A stretch of 64,000 bases of DNA from the human T2T-CHM13v2.0 reference genome, Homo sapiens. This document shows, one piece after another, positions 13,098 to 29,729 of the stretch. Position numbers and translations under genes: made by a program. The first letter of the stretch is position 1, and each line of letters opens with the position of its first letter. A model generated the notes under the pieces. The model did no database searches. It had not been told where the DNA came from and was given only the letters and a program-made list of their open reading frames with translations. Location: the NCBI RefSeq assembly GCF_009914755.1, contig NC_060945.1. One strand, written 5' to 3'.

Positions 13098-14778
13098 CTT
13101 TTTATCTGCTATACAAATATATTTTTATGCAATATCAGTGTCATTAATATAGTTAATGATATAGTTAGCATAGTTAATTACAAAATGCAGTAATTTTATT
13201 GTTAAATATTATAATTTTAAATTATTATTGATGGTTTTTACAATATGTATCATATTAGTAATACACCTTAACACACCAAAAGTATGTCAGCCCATAATGA
13301 TGTTATTTTACTCGTTTATTTTAGTTTCATGTTTGAAATTTTTATATTCAGCTAATAGAAAAAAAATAACAAGACAGAGAAATACAAATATAGCAAATAT
13401 CGTCCAAGCAATAATCCCCGACTGAACAATGCCAAGATATACATTGTTTGATTTCTTCTTTCATTTAGATATTTGCATGAATTTTAAAGCTTTTGTATAT
13501 TTTTTATTTTATTAAAAATAATTTTCTGTCTTGCTTAACATGTTACTTATTTAAAAACATAAAATATTTAATCTACTTCATATCATCCAAATATATGAAT
13601 TAGCTCATTTTCTCTTCTCTATATATGATCTTGTGTCTTTATTCAGACAAAATAGTTCTGTCATTTAAATGCTTCCTTATCTTTAGCATAGTGTGATTTT
13701 TCTTTTTAAAATTATTATAGTTCAATAATATATCAAGCTAGTGGGAGAAAAGCAAAGGTGAATTAAACTATGTTTCAGTAAAATGTAAAAAAAAAATCTG
13801 ATTTTAAGTAATTACTAACTATGTACAGTCACAAACTCATGAACCAACAGTATAGAAGAAATAATTGGTGCGATTTGGGCAAACTAGAAAAAACCAAGAA
13901 AAATGAAAAGATCTTTTTATATGATCATTCTTAATTAGAGCCACTGACAGTGAATGTAAGAATGTTTAATGAATGTGACCTATAAAGCTTTGCTAGATTC
14001 TGACTGACTCAGAGGTTATATATTACTTCTCACACTTCTTTATTAAAATTATTTTATTTTTAACTTAAGCATCTTTTTTTATAACTAAAGTGACAGTTAT
14101 ACATGAACAAGTATAATAGTTTGTCTAAAATATTTTGTACCAAAACAGGAAGACTGAAGTGTGAATAATCTCAGTAAAAAAGTATAAAATATATTTTAGA
14201 CATGCAGTCATTCATTGAAATGTACACATGAAGTAAATCAAGTGACCTCATTATTGAATAAATTGACTGAGAAATATATGAGGTTGAATTAATTTCTTCT
14301 TCCACAGAATTTTTTTATTTATTTCATTTTTGTTCAATGTTTCTTGATATAAAGTAGATTATTTTCTATTATTTTCAGATGTCTCAGAAATCTTTCCAGT
14401 TCTTTCCTATGGTCTTCAATATGTTTTAAAAAATTAATGCAAAATGTGGACCATTTAAAAACTAGATTTTCTCAAAGATTCAGTGTTGAAGGTAGTGTCC
14501 CTGGAGATTATTTGTTAAAGAATGTTTAAAACTAACTAGCACATGCCTAGTCTTTGACATGATTTGTTTTGTAAGATCCTTGTCATCATGATATGTATTC
14601 AGGAAAAGGAGTATTCTCAGATTACAGATAAAGAAGCTAAGTCAGACATGTATTGAGTATGTAACTTGATGTGAGCCATAAATAAAAATGTGCCAAATAT
14701 ATTAGTTAATTGTATAAATCTAAAGCATTCTATAATAGTATATTATCTCTGGCTGGTGAATCTAGCAAACACAACATA

Positions 14779-14994
14779 TAGTTATCTCTCCATATAGGTG
14801 GGGATCAATTCCAGGGGCACCTTCATGTACCAAAATCCACATATACTCAAGTTTCCCAGTTGGCCCTGTGGAACCTGTTTATAGGAAAAGGCAACCCTAC
14901 AGAAAACACCACATTTTTTATTGAGTTTGGTTGAAAAAAAAATGTGCATATAAGTGGACCTGTGTAGTGTACACATGTGTTCAAGGGTCAACTG
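14779..14994 (+). mobile_element. MER8 (TcMar-Tigger MITE)
   Basis: Ends tagttatctct...caagggtcaactg flanked by TA; internal ccaaaatccacatatactcaag and ggttgaaaaaaaaatgtgcatataagtggacc. Confidence 0.82.
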
Positions 14995-15665
14995 TAGCTG
15001 AAAGCAAACCACATTTAGTTTGTACATATATTTGAGAGAGAATATTTGTGAAGTGTTTTATTTTAAAAAAAAAAGCTCACTAAAGAACTAAAAGAACCAA
15101 AAGCAAACCAAAATATAAAAAATAAACATTTTTCTAGCTCTGCAATTTAAGACATTTACTTTAAATTATTCAAATGTACCTAAATAGGAATCTAATTTAA
15201 TTTCAAGTTTATGCTATTTTTGAAGTAAGAAACATGCTGTGTCATTTATGAAACTAGAAATATATGATTGAAAAAGAGTCTACATAGTGAGAGAACTTGA
15301 CCATAATCTTTGAAAGTAAAATCAAACGAAAGCTTATGTAAAAAGTGTGATCATTAGGCTTTAATTTTTAAATATGATAATAAAATGAGATATTGAATAT
15401 TGCTAAAATTTTTAAATATGTTATGGTAACAGCATACATGGAATATTATACATTTATTCAAATTATGTTTTAAAAATAATGACATAAACATACTTCTTAT
15501 ACATTATGATTGAAATGCTGAGGTTTTATTTAATACATAACCAATAAAGCTAAGAAACCCTTAAAAATCAAGATGTACTCCTTAAATAAAATATTGAGTG
15601 AGTACTTATAAGGCAATAAGTTTTGTAAAATATGCTAAAAATTTTTAAAAATTCTCTACATATTC

Positions 15666-18337
<2,672 letters not shown>

Positions 18338-19189
18338 TACATCACCATGATAGACCCAAACTTTATACCAGGCACTACCGAAAGAGTAAAATTAGCACAA
18401 CAGTTAGCATAGACAACATGACAACTTTTGTATGGCCATAGTATAGTTTCAGATATTGTTCACATTCTCTGCAACAAAGGAAGTTAAGATACATTACAGA
18501 AAGGAGAATATGAAAGCAGTATTAGTAAAAGGGAATATCCCAACAATAGGAAAGCACCCCATTTGGATATTTACAAAAATTCTAAAAATTATCTTGTGAA
18601 AATGTGAAATCCATATTTTAAAGGTCTTTGAAACAGAGAAAAATAGACTAAAATTTTATTAATTAAAGTAAATGTTAACTCCAATAAATGAGGAGAATTA
18701 GAATGCATTAATGTGTTTTAAAATTATAAAACTAAAGTAATTTGGAAAAAAATGCGTATCGATAATACTCATTTAAGAAAACATGGTCACGATTTAGTCA
18801 AATCTCATCTTTTGTCCCTTGTTTTTGTTTTTAAAAGTTGTAATAATAATTGACATTTACTCAACATTTTCATATATTGAGTAAAACCATATACCAAACG
18901 AAAATTGCATCCTTTATATAAGTAGAGAAATTAGGCTTAAATAAATAACAAGTGAGAGGCCATGGTGCCAACCTAGTTTGTCATTTTTCTTTTGAAAATC
19001 CTAAGTTATTTGTTGTCAAAATTATCAATATTTTATATTTTGTTGCTCTTGCAAATAAAGCATTTCTAATTAAAGATCTTAGGGCTTCACATATCCTTCA
19101 GATAGCTGGTAAAATGCTGCTTTTTGCTAGAAGCCTTCTCCGCCCTTTCTATATAACAGCAACCTCTCTTCTCAGTTTCTTGTCATCTC

Positions 19190-19375
19190 CAGTACACCTT
19201 CTGGCTGCTTTTCTAATTTTATTTTTCCCAAGCACAACTTAGCACTTTACTGGAAGTCATCTGTTTTCTGCTTCACAAAGCAAGGACTTGTCTCCGTTGT
19301 GCCCAGCTCTAGCCTCAGGGCCTAGAAAAGTACTCAGCGTGTAATGTGCACCAAATACATATATATTGGATTAAT
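19190..19375 (+). mobile_element. L2 3' end remnant
   Basis: gcaaggacttgtctc...ctctagcctcagggcctagaaaagtactcagcgtgtaatgtgcaccaaatacat resembles the L2 terminus. Confidence 0.55.
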
Positions 19376-20831
19376 ATTTAAATGCGTATATACTTAGCTG
19401 TGAATAAATAGCATCAATATTTGTCTTTTAAATGTTAAAAATATAAAGTGTATAGCCTTCAAAAGTACACTGTACATAAACAATTTGAAGGTGATGAAGA
19501 GGACCCTGAAACAGGAATGGATTCCTAATTCCTAGCAGGGATTTAATGGCCATCACGGAGCAGCCAGATGTTATAAGATAAGGATATAAGATGTGAGAGG
19601 CATGGCAGGTAGGAATAGGGCTAACATATATTTTACTTAAAAGTTTTGAATTAGCTATATTGAAAAAAGTTTAACACATGTTACCACAGCAAACACTCTA
19701 AAAACTCTACTAAGAATTTTGGCTTAGACCAAGGCCAACATTGCTCTGGACATAAAATGGCCTTTTACACATGATGATGATCTTTTTAAAACCAAGTAAG
19801 TTAAGTACATTATTTAAAAGATTTTCATCCTGTTTTACCTGTTATTTCACTACTAAAGGATTTTTCTACTCTGAGTTTACTTTATCATTCTTTTTTCAGA
19901 ATTTTATCTGTGCTTATTTTAAATAAACATGAAAATTACTACCATTTAAGATAAATGTCCTTTTATCTTTCAATTATTTTTCCAGAGCAGTGCTTTAAGT
20001 ATTCATATAATTATGACAGTTTCTAAAATTTTACATATTTTATAACAGTTCATTCTGTATGAGTTTTCTTTTAATTTTTATAAGAAATACCTTGAGAGCA
20101 GTGATACATAATATATTATGCAAAACCTGAAAAAAATAGTGATTTCCAGCATCAAAGGTCATTTATTCTTCTGAGAGCCTAGTGACCTTTAAGTTAATTT
20201 CCTATTTTATGTATTTTTATAAATTACTTAGTATGTGGGTTATGTGTACAGAAAGCACACCACGTAACTTTAAATTGTTCTCAAATCATTTTGTAAGTCA
20301 TCAGATAAGTAGCTACTTAAGTAATCTATATATTTGTAATAAATATTTGTGTAGAAATAATAGAATGAGGAAGTCCTTTTTCATAACTTTGAATAAAACA
20401 CTATTTCTCCAGTTAAACTGGAGGGCAAATAAACCTTTTAAAAATATAACAGAAAGGTTTGATAAGAGCACAAAGTGTGTATTAAGTAAATGTTACAAAG
20501 GATAAATGGAAGTGAAGTACCTGGATTATCCTTACTGAGAATTCAACACCTATAAGTGAATTATAAGTGCAATCACAACTATCACAAACTTTGCTCCATC
20601 TCATTTTGGAATTGTAACAGCCTCAAGGGCATAATAACTTTCAAAAGACAGTCACTGAGTGCCAACTATATGCCAGCCCATATGCTAGGTATGGACTGCT
20701 ATGTTTTTTTCTTACTAATTAGAATCACTTAACTGCTTGAAAATGTGCATTGGTGGTAAACCTATTATCAGCCCTTACTCTATCTTTAAAATTTTAAGTT
20801 AAATTTTTGATTTAATGTAGAATCATTTTAT

Positions 20832-20860
20832 ACACACACACACACACACACGCCACACAC
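20832..20860. repeat. (CA)n microsatellite, imperfect
   Basis: acacacacacacacacacacgccacacac. Confidence 0.85.
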
Positions 20861-20964
20861 CAAAACATATAACTATTTTTCTTGAAATATCAAAATACCA
20901 CAAAAGCATTATGATTTTGTTTTCCTAAAATGTTTTAGTGTAAATGACAGTTAGATCTGTAGTC

Positions 20965-21345
20965 TGATTGCCTTAAAAAGTTGTTACATCTCTCTGAACT
21001 TGAATTATTATTATTTTTTTTTGAGATGGAGTCTCGCTCTGTAGCCCAGGCTGGAATGCAGTAGCACGATCTCGGCTCACTGCCAGCTCCACTTCCCAGG
21101 TTCACGCCATCCTCCTGCCTCAGCCTCCTGAGTAGCTGGGACTACAGGCGCCCACCACCACGCCCGGCTAATTTTTTGTATTTTTAGTAGAGACAGGATT
21201 TCACCATGTTAGTCAGGATGGTCTCGATCTCCTGACCCGGTGATCTAACCCCCTTGGCCTCCCAAAGTGCTGGGATTACAGGTGTAAGCCCAAACCCTGA
21301 ACTTGTATTTTTTAATCTGTAAAATGACATGATAATATAATATGC
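20965..21345 (+). mobile_element. MIR core remnant split by AluY
   Basis: aagttgttacatctctctgaacttg | tattttttaatctgtaaaatgacatgataata rejoins to a MIR-like core. Confidence 0.6.
21003..21296 (-). mobile_element. AluY
   Basis: ggttcacgccat, ggatggtctcgatctcc and many retained CpGs. TSD ctgaacttg at 20994-21002 and 21297-21305. Confidence 0.95.
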
Positions 21346-21399
21346 TGATCAAAGTTTGTTTGCACTCAGATCAATTTCCTCAGCAGTTTTCTTTTATTT

Positions 21400-21835
21400 T
21401 TTCACTGTAACAGAAATCTGCATTTCCCATGCTTCCTTGTCATCTAGTCTTTGGGTAGATTCAGGCAAGGGAAGGCAAAAGCCAAAGATTGAAGGGCAGG
21501 AAAAGGCAAGGAAAAGGGCCACTTCTGTTTTTGTTTGTTTGTTTTCTCTGCTTCTAATGACACCTACATCAGAGATCATATTTCTCCCTGGTCCCATTTC
21601 TCACCAGCAGTAATTCTACTGTGAAATGGCTCATTACTGGATCTCTGGAACTTTAGTTTCTCCCATTGACCTTACTATCATGAGGAAAGGATTAGTTCTC
21701 TGCTAGTGCTAATACTTTCATCACTATTCCTTGCTTTGTTTCTTAGTTATTTTCACCCTGATGTTACCTGCTCCACATAATAAAATCAGATTGTTTGTAA
21801 GTCCTAGACTAGTTTCTGCCTTGCTGGCTATATCC
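21400..21835. mobile_element. Old ERVL-type LTR remnant (LTR33/LTR41-like)
   Basis: gggtagattcaggcaagggaaggc...agattgaagggcaggaaaagg and an aataaa near the end; highly diverged. Confidence 0.35.
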
Positions 21836-22044
21836 TCAATGAAGAGCAAATATTTACCTCATGGGAGAAATAGACGTAATGGATTTAGGAGTTTAGCAGT
21901 TTACAGGGCACAAATTAAATCTCAATAAATATTTACTCTGAGTAAAAAAGTACAAAATAGAAGTACAATTCTTTTTTATTGTCATTGATTTCAGAGCAAA
22001 ATGAATCAACAGTTGACAAATTAAGGATTAACTTATGCAAGATT

Positions 22045-22800
22045 ATTCAACAAATATTTATTATTCATTTGCTCTATGCCAGAAATGTGTCTTCATGCCA
22101 GGTTAAGAAAAAGAGAAAACAGAAAAAAAAAATAGCTGTCCCTGACTAAAAGAGCTTATGTTCTTTCTTTTTGGGCGAGAAAGGCAGTGAAAAATTAAAA
22201 AATGAAACGCAGTATTAACATGCGGATAAGTTCTAGGGTGAAATTTGAATGCAGATCCAGAGTGACTGTCTGCCTCTCAAAAGAATTCTGCTGAGATGTC
22301 CAGAAGTAAGTAGAGTAGCAAGCAAATATCTACAGCGCATGTCTCTTTTAAAGACAGAAAAACAAAGTGGTTTCTAAGGTGGGTGAATCTTGGCATTTCC
22401 AAGAAATATCAGGAGGCTCTTAAGGATAGAATGACCAAAACAATGAGGGCTGTGATAAAATAAATTGGGGGAGGTATGGAGAAGGATCCCATATTGTTGC
22501 TTTCACAAACAATGACAAGGTTTTGGGTTTTACTTTGAGAAGGGGAACAATTAGAAAGCTATGAGCAAGACAGTGAAATTATTTGATTTATGTTTTATAA
22601 TTATTCTGACTCCTGGCTGAAAAACAGCCTCTAGGAATGAAAGTGAGAGAAATAGGGTCATCACTTATGAAGCTATTCCAATGATCCAGTGCTTTGGCAG
22701 TTGCCTGGACATGTCTAGTAAGAGGTAAAAGTAATCTGATACATCTTAAAGGCAGGTGTTCATGGATTTGATATGGCAAATGAAAGAAAGAAGCCACTAT
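22045..22800 (-). mobile_element. L2 fragment
   Basis: attcaacaaatatttatt...ctatgccag, gagcttatgttc and ttttactttgagaagggg...tgatttatgtttta are typical of L2 in reverse. Confidence 0.7.
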
Positions 22801-24852
22801 GTGTTATATTCCTTGAGCCAAAATTGAGGTGTAAAATAAACATGCCCACATAAATGGTTGATTATGTTCTTAAATGAAGGAGAAAACAGTTGCAGTGATG
22901 TTAAGTCATCAACCATTTAAAATGTTGCTTTTGAAAGAGATGAATCAAGGAAGGGATGGACATGAATTTTCCTTACCTAAAAAGCTAGTGAAAATTAAGA
23001 GTGACATGAACAGGATTAAAACTTTATTTTATAGTGGTACTGAGATGAAACATCACACTATCTGACTTCATAGCTTAAAAATATAATCACCCCACCAACT
23101 TCTCACTCTTTTCAAGGATTTTGTGAGTAACCAGCTTTAATTTGGAAAACCTAGACTTCTACATACAGATTGTTATGTTTGTGAGTATGATTATTTCTAT
23201 CATTTTGTTTTACATTGTGCTTTATCATTCAATAATTAATATCTATCATTTTCCATTAACTAATTTATTTTATGACCATTTATTATTATTATTACCCTAT
23301 GGTAGTCAATAATTACTGATACATATTCCATTGTTTTTTGGGATTTGATATAGAATCAGAGAAGTTTGTTGCCAACTCCTTTTTAGTTGAATATGTATTG
23401 TTTTTGTCTTTAGTTTTTGTAAAACTTCAGATTTTCCATCTTGCCCCACTATTTATGGCTAAAAATCATATCCAAATATGACAAGGTTTAGGAACACATG
23501 CAGTTACTGAACACATGTTAAAGTATAATAACACAGAATACATTTTTGAAAGTAAGTTTATTAAAATTAACAATATATTTCTAGTTATATGCATAAGGAT
23601 ATACCAACATGGATTTTGCCTGCCCAATATTAATTTTCTCTTAATTTCTTTCTTACAGAACTTCAATTTGGTCATGAGTCTAAGCCCCAAATTATGTTTG
23701 CTGTCATGTACTCATGACAGCTCTTTTTCTTGATTTTTCTAGCCTTTATCCATTTGGAAATGTGAACCACCTTTTATAGGTGAGATACAATATAGCTGAA
23801 CCCTTCTCTAAAGGTTTCTGTAAAAAAGCATAAATGTACAAGCCTATCATCCTGATTCTATTTAGTTTGCCTTGAATATGAATGTGATAAATGAAGTAAG
23901 ATCTCACATCTTGCAACATGAAGTGGGAGAAGGGTCAACATAGAAGAAATGTCAGAAGAAATGAACCAATAGAAAATTCCTCATTTGCTAAATTTTGTTA
24001 AAAGAAAAAATAGATTTTAATATTAATCTGTTCTACACAGGCAAATGTTAACTGCAATGAAAATGTCTTTTAGATAATTCAGAACACTTTCCATCCTTGG
24101 TAAAAGTATTCATTTTACTGACTCACTATTATATATTTTGTTAAGTTAGAAACTCATATTCAATCAAAGGAAATAAAAGTTCCCCCTAATTTCTAGGAAT
24201 ATAAAAAATAGGTACACATAGCTTAGATAATATTTTCTATATTTGTCCAAGTAAATCAGTTTAGTAATTGTTTGAAATACTTCCAATTGATATGAGTCCA
24301 ATTTTAGAAGGAATTTTAGTTGGAAATGTTATTCTCTTTATGAAGATGTAAATGGCTCTGTTTACTGGCCAATATTTACATACACATACAGTCAATGAAT
24401 GTTAATTTGCACACAGTGGCATATGTAATTCAAAGTTCATTTTATTAGTTAATTTAGATATGGTTCAATGAGAGTTCAAACTGAGGGCATAGAGTCATAT
24501 AACATACTCTAGAAGAACAACTTCTCATGAAAACTAAAATAAATTGCTTTACCATGTTTGCCTTTGTATTTCACTTTTTCTGTTCTGAAGAATGAGCATG
24601 GTAAAATTTACATATATCTAACGCATATAATGGGCAATGTATGAATTATTTTACAAATTACTCATAACCAGAAGAGTTCTGTTGGATTTTACCATATGGC
24701 CAGATTCATCTTGCCTTTCAAACTTATGTAAGTAATTTTTCTGAATCTCTTTTTTTCCCATAACATACATGCTGCTGAGTCCACTCCTCCAAACTAAGTA
24801 AAGATAGGAATGCTCATGGCCAAATCATAAGTATAGAAAGTGACTTTTGAAC

Positions 24853-25276
24853 TGATGAAGACTTTCTTCTTGTCTATGCTTTAGTCAGGCTTCTAGGAGC
24901 ACTCTTTTTGACTCTACTTTGTCCTTGGGCCCTGTCTTTACACTGCCTAGTCCAGCTGTTGCAAGAATGCTGCTAAGTCACTTTAGAGAGAATCTCCCAC
25001 TCTTGATATCTGATCACTCTGGCTTGCCGTCAGCAAGAATCCTCTTACGTTAGCTAACAAGAAATCCCCTACCCTTGATGTCTCCTCTTAGTAATTTGTA
25101 TTCATCGACAACCTTTCACTCTGCTCATTAGCTGCACTTCCCAGATATCTTTGCTGTGTTCAGAGTTGAACCTTATCTCTCTTCCTATTAGAATCATCTT
25201 GACACCTATCATTTTAATCTTAAATAAAGTGATCCTTAACCATTTTAACAAGTGTTGGAAATTTTTTTATTCAGCA
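24853..25276 (+). mobile_element. MER31-like ERV1 solo LTR
   Basis: Repeated gcaagaat(g/c)ct motifs, cttgatatctgatca, aataaagt...ttaacaagtgt...ca end. Confidence 0.72.
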
Positions 25277-25419
25277 GAACTAACAAATTGTTTGCAAACT
25301 ATTGAAATAGAACTATTCTATTATGGCCTGCAGATATTTTTCTCAATTATAATTCACTTTCATACTGTAAAAGTATCTTTGCTTTGTGTATATCTTTTTC
25401 ATACAAAAACTTTTAATTT

Positions 25420-25720
25420 GGCAGGGAACAGTGGCTCATGCCTGTAATCCCAGAACTTTCGGAGACCCAGACGAGCGGATCACCTAGGTCAGGAGTTGAG
25501 ACCAGCCTGGCCAACATGGCAAAACCCCATCTCTACTAAAACTACAAAAATTATCCAGGCATGGTTGTGGGCACCTGTATTCTCAGGTACTTGGGAGACT
25601 GAGGCAGCAGAATCGCTTGAACCCAGGAAGCAGAGGTTGCAGTGAGCCAAGATCAGGCTGCTGCACTCTGGCCTGAGTGATAGAGTGAGTGAGACTCTGT
25701 CTCAAAAAACAAAAAACAAA
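25420..25720 (+). mobile_element. AluS (Sx/Sq-like)
   Basis: Dimeric Alu with degenerate TSD aaaacttttaattt / aaaacctttcgattt. Confidence 0.93.
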
Positions 25721-28700
25721 AAAACCTTTCGATTTATTTTCCAGAGGTCTATTTTTAATTTAGTAACAAGATTTTAAAAAATATTTATAAAATTAAATAA
25801 CAGTGGAATGTTAGAACTAGGCCCTATAAAATATAAAATTGTCAAAATTGGTTAGCATGATTGTAGCTTCAATCATGCTACAGATTGAATCAATCTGTAG
25901 TTAACTTCAATCAGAAGTTAATGTGGCAACTTCTGAAACCAAACATCATCATGCTTGGCATCAAGAGCTAAAGTAGTCATGAGTTAATGGAGAAGAACAA
26001 CTAAGGAATTGGCTGCCAAAGTAAAGTTTATGCTAAATTTAAATGAAATGAAATAACAAAGTAGTTTGAAATGAACATTCCATTGATTATTTTTAAAATT
26101 TTATTTATTAACAAAGTAGCTTATACTAACTGCCCACTGTCTATCCCAATAGTTACAGCAATAACATATAGTTAACATTTGTAATTAAATATTTCATTTC
26201 ATACAAATAGTATTTTAAAATTCAGGTGTTGATTTTTAAGCCTTTGAATGTTTGGCTGTTTAAAATTTAAGTGCATATAAAAATTGTAGAAAAGGGTCAT
26301 TATTAATAAAATATTCAAAATATGGTAAATTATGCATGATGATTTACTATATGCAAATTGATAAGTGATGTGAATAGTACATTTGAATAGAGAAAATATG
26401 TACATAAATGAATGGTATTTCAGAATCTAAGCAAATTGATGACTATATTATGTACTTGTCCCCAGTGTAAAAGAAATATTAATTAGAAAACTTTTTTTTT
26501 CACTAAAGGGCTGAACATAAAGTGTGATGGCAAATTGGTGTGTTCTTGTATTTCTTGTCTTTAAGAATTCTTTTCAGTATATTTTCACTTAATGTCTTAG
26601 CAATATTTTTCATCATACTTTTACACTTATAGCTGGACTATGCTTAGTGATAGAAAATAGTTATATAATGGGATTATACTTGGCCATATGAATTTGATGG
26701 TATGAATTAATCTGTGTTTCATCTTACTTGTGTCTACTTGTAAGTCATTGATGCTAATGTTATTAGTAATTTTTATAGGGTAGAAATGTTTTCTATATGA
26801 CATTTTTGAGAAAAGGAAGTCAATAAATCCCATTTGATATGCAACAGAAATAAAGATCTCTTATTTCAATTTTAAAATGCTTTATAACTTACATTGCTTT
26901 GTTTTATGCATTATTTGTTTTGATCAGATGCAAAATGAGTCAGTAATGTCATCTAACCACAAGTTTGATACATTTTTTAAAGAAAAATTTCCAAAATACT
27001 ATAACTGAGCAATAGGCTAATACTTCATAAATTAAAATATTTAAATATTCAATCTTTCTGAGTGGATATTTGCTGCATATCTCATAACTTGGCCTAATTC
27101 TGTAATTGGGATGAGAACTACCCAATTTTATTGGTAACCTCTTTTCTGCTCTGCAACTTTGGAAATACTATGGAGGACTCCAAATTCATTTGAGACAAAA
27201 ATATTAAAAATGTAACCCCCGATTAGGATTTCAGTTCCAAAGCTCTCCTTGGAGGGATATAGAGCTGGAGAAAATCACATTTATTTTTTGTCTCCTTAAT
27301 ATTGATATATAAAATCAGGTTAAAATTAGTATCAAAATGGGAAGCCTGCATTGTAAACCGGCTGGAATAATACACTCTGCAATATGAAGGAAAAAGGAAA
27401 AATTTAGTTGATTTATTTACCTAGCTATAATTTTTTAAAGAATTTTAAGTTTCTAATAAATTTAACTATAAATTTTTAATTTTCTATCTTTCATTTAGTA
27501 CCATCTATATAAACTTTTCCAGGCTACTTCTCTGAATCACCTGGCAAAATCTTATAATTTACCACCTAATTGAATAAAACACACACACACAAAATAATCT
27601 ATTTTGAATAATAAACATTATTTGTAATTATATTGTTGAGATTGAGAGTAATCATCAGGTGTGGAAAAACAAGGAAATTTTAACAATTTAAAATGTAATA
27701 ATCTTTTTTGTATTATGTGTGCTTTATACTCAGAAGTGCATATGTTTTATAAAAGTATGTGAATTTATAAATGTGGTCAATATTAATATTAAATTGTATC
27801 TTTTAATAGTATCTTCAATTATCTTTTTTTTGCTGCTGGATTCCATTTAGAAAAAAAAATGTTCTATATAGCAGTGTTGCTTTCTTTTTCTTTTCTTTTT
27901 GCTTTTCTTTCTTTTTTCTACTGATAAAGTATTTACTTGATCTTGGGGAAGAGGTATATAATCAAGTGACCACATTTTTCTTTGTTACATATTATTCAAA
28001 ATTTATAATCAATCTTTCCAAATTGTAATCGGTCTGAAACCCATTTGCTTTACTCAAATTATTTAGTGACTGTAAAAGTTTCAGAAACATATGAAAGTTA
28101 CAAATTAGCTTTAAATGTGTCATGTTTAAAGCAGTTGTTTTAAAAGCTAAGTCATTATCCATTATTATGTAACTAGTATTCTAAATATCACATCTTTGCA
28201 TTGTTTGACTTTTAAGGCATATGAAATGTTTTGGGTCAGAGAAATCATTTGCTTCACATGCCTAAGAGACAGACTCTATGGGTACTGAGTCATGCTAATA
28301 GTGGCAAAACCTGACAAACAATAAGCATCATTTTCAAATATTTTAAACATTTCACATAAAAATTTACTTTTAGCATACATTGCAGCCATCAAGGAAGCCT
28401 AAAGTAAGGAAAACCTCAGTGAAATATGATGAAGTTAATAAAAAGAAATAGCCATCATTTTATTTGTTTAAATTGCCACTACCTCTCATATAATTATGTA
28501 CAATATATAACATAGGATAATTAAGTCAAACTGTGTACCTACAGATATGGAGAGCCTTTTGTTTTAGGAAAAAGTAAAATGTAAATTAACTGGTAAAGAT
28601 GAGCTTTTCAATCTATAAGGCATAGACACTTTTCCTTAGTGGATTTGAAAAGGTTGTTATAAATCTGAAAATAAGATAGTTTTTCTATAATAAATGGTAA

Positions 28701-29729
28701 AAAACACTTTCACATCTTAACCTTATCATAGTATCACAATGCTGGAATATTTATACTAGGAAATAAGTAAGCTAATTCAATTATAAATTTCAGTAGAGGA
28801 AAGGATGAAGGTTAAAAAACACTATCTATTCAAATCCTTAGTCATGAGGTTGAATTCATTGAATCAGAGTGTGAATATATATCTATATTTGAGACAGAAT
28901 GTGTATGTATGTGTGTGAGTGTGATTGTGTGTGTACAGTCATTAGATATTTGCCTCATGGACAGTGGAGGAAAACATTTGCTGAGCTGCTTTCCTACCTT
29001 AAAGATTTAGAACTGCACTGTTTTCAAGATATACTTTTTATATCTCAAATAATTTAATATGTTATGTTTAGTTGTTGATATAACAAGATATCTGAATACC
29101 CCATAATTGAAATTATACCTGGAAATAAATACTTGAAATACTTGCTTCAGTGACATTTGTGGAAGTATACATATTTAAGTTCAAATTATAGGTATATTGA
29201 ACAAAATGATATTGGATTCTTCACTGGGTGCATACTTCTGAAACTTGTAAATAATTTGAAATTAGTTTCCAAGAACAGAAAGACAAATATTAGATAGGAA
29301 ATACCAAATTCTTAAGATTCATACATATAAAAGTGAAATAAAAATCAAACTTAATCTTATCATGAATTTTCAACTGTGGCTTAATTTTAGAACTTGTTAT
29401 AAAAATAGAAATGCTATTAATTTAATTATATTTATTAAAATCTAAAAATAGGTGATTATAGCTAGGACATTGACAAGTGTAACTATACATGAGTAAATAT
29501 AACTGAGGATAGCAACACATGAAATATATCATAAAAATTGAATTATTCTATAAATAGTATTATGTCTGGATTACTTAGAACTTGATTCCACTTAGAATGT
29601 CCCTGCTTTTATTTATTTATTTATTTTTGTAAACAAAATGAGCAAGAGGTTATTACACTTCATTCACTGCGAAAAGGTAACACTACATCAAAGATAACTC
29701 ACATACTTGCAGAAATATGGAAGGTATTT

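Noticed and set aside
23631-23660. Strong-looking splice acceptor (ttttctcttaatttctttcttacag)
   Set aside because: No convincing paired donor or coding frame, and such tracts are common in AT-rich DNA. A lncRNA exon cannot be supported without transcript data.
25940-29700. ~3.8 kb very AT-rich stretch with no recognisable repeat, as a possible gene or matrix-attachment region
   Set aside because: Only short low-complexity ORFs; composition alone does not support a functional call.
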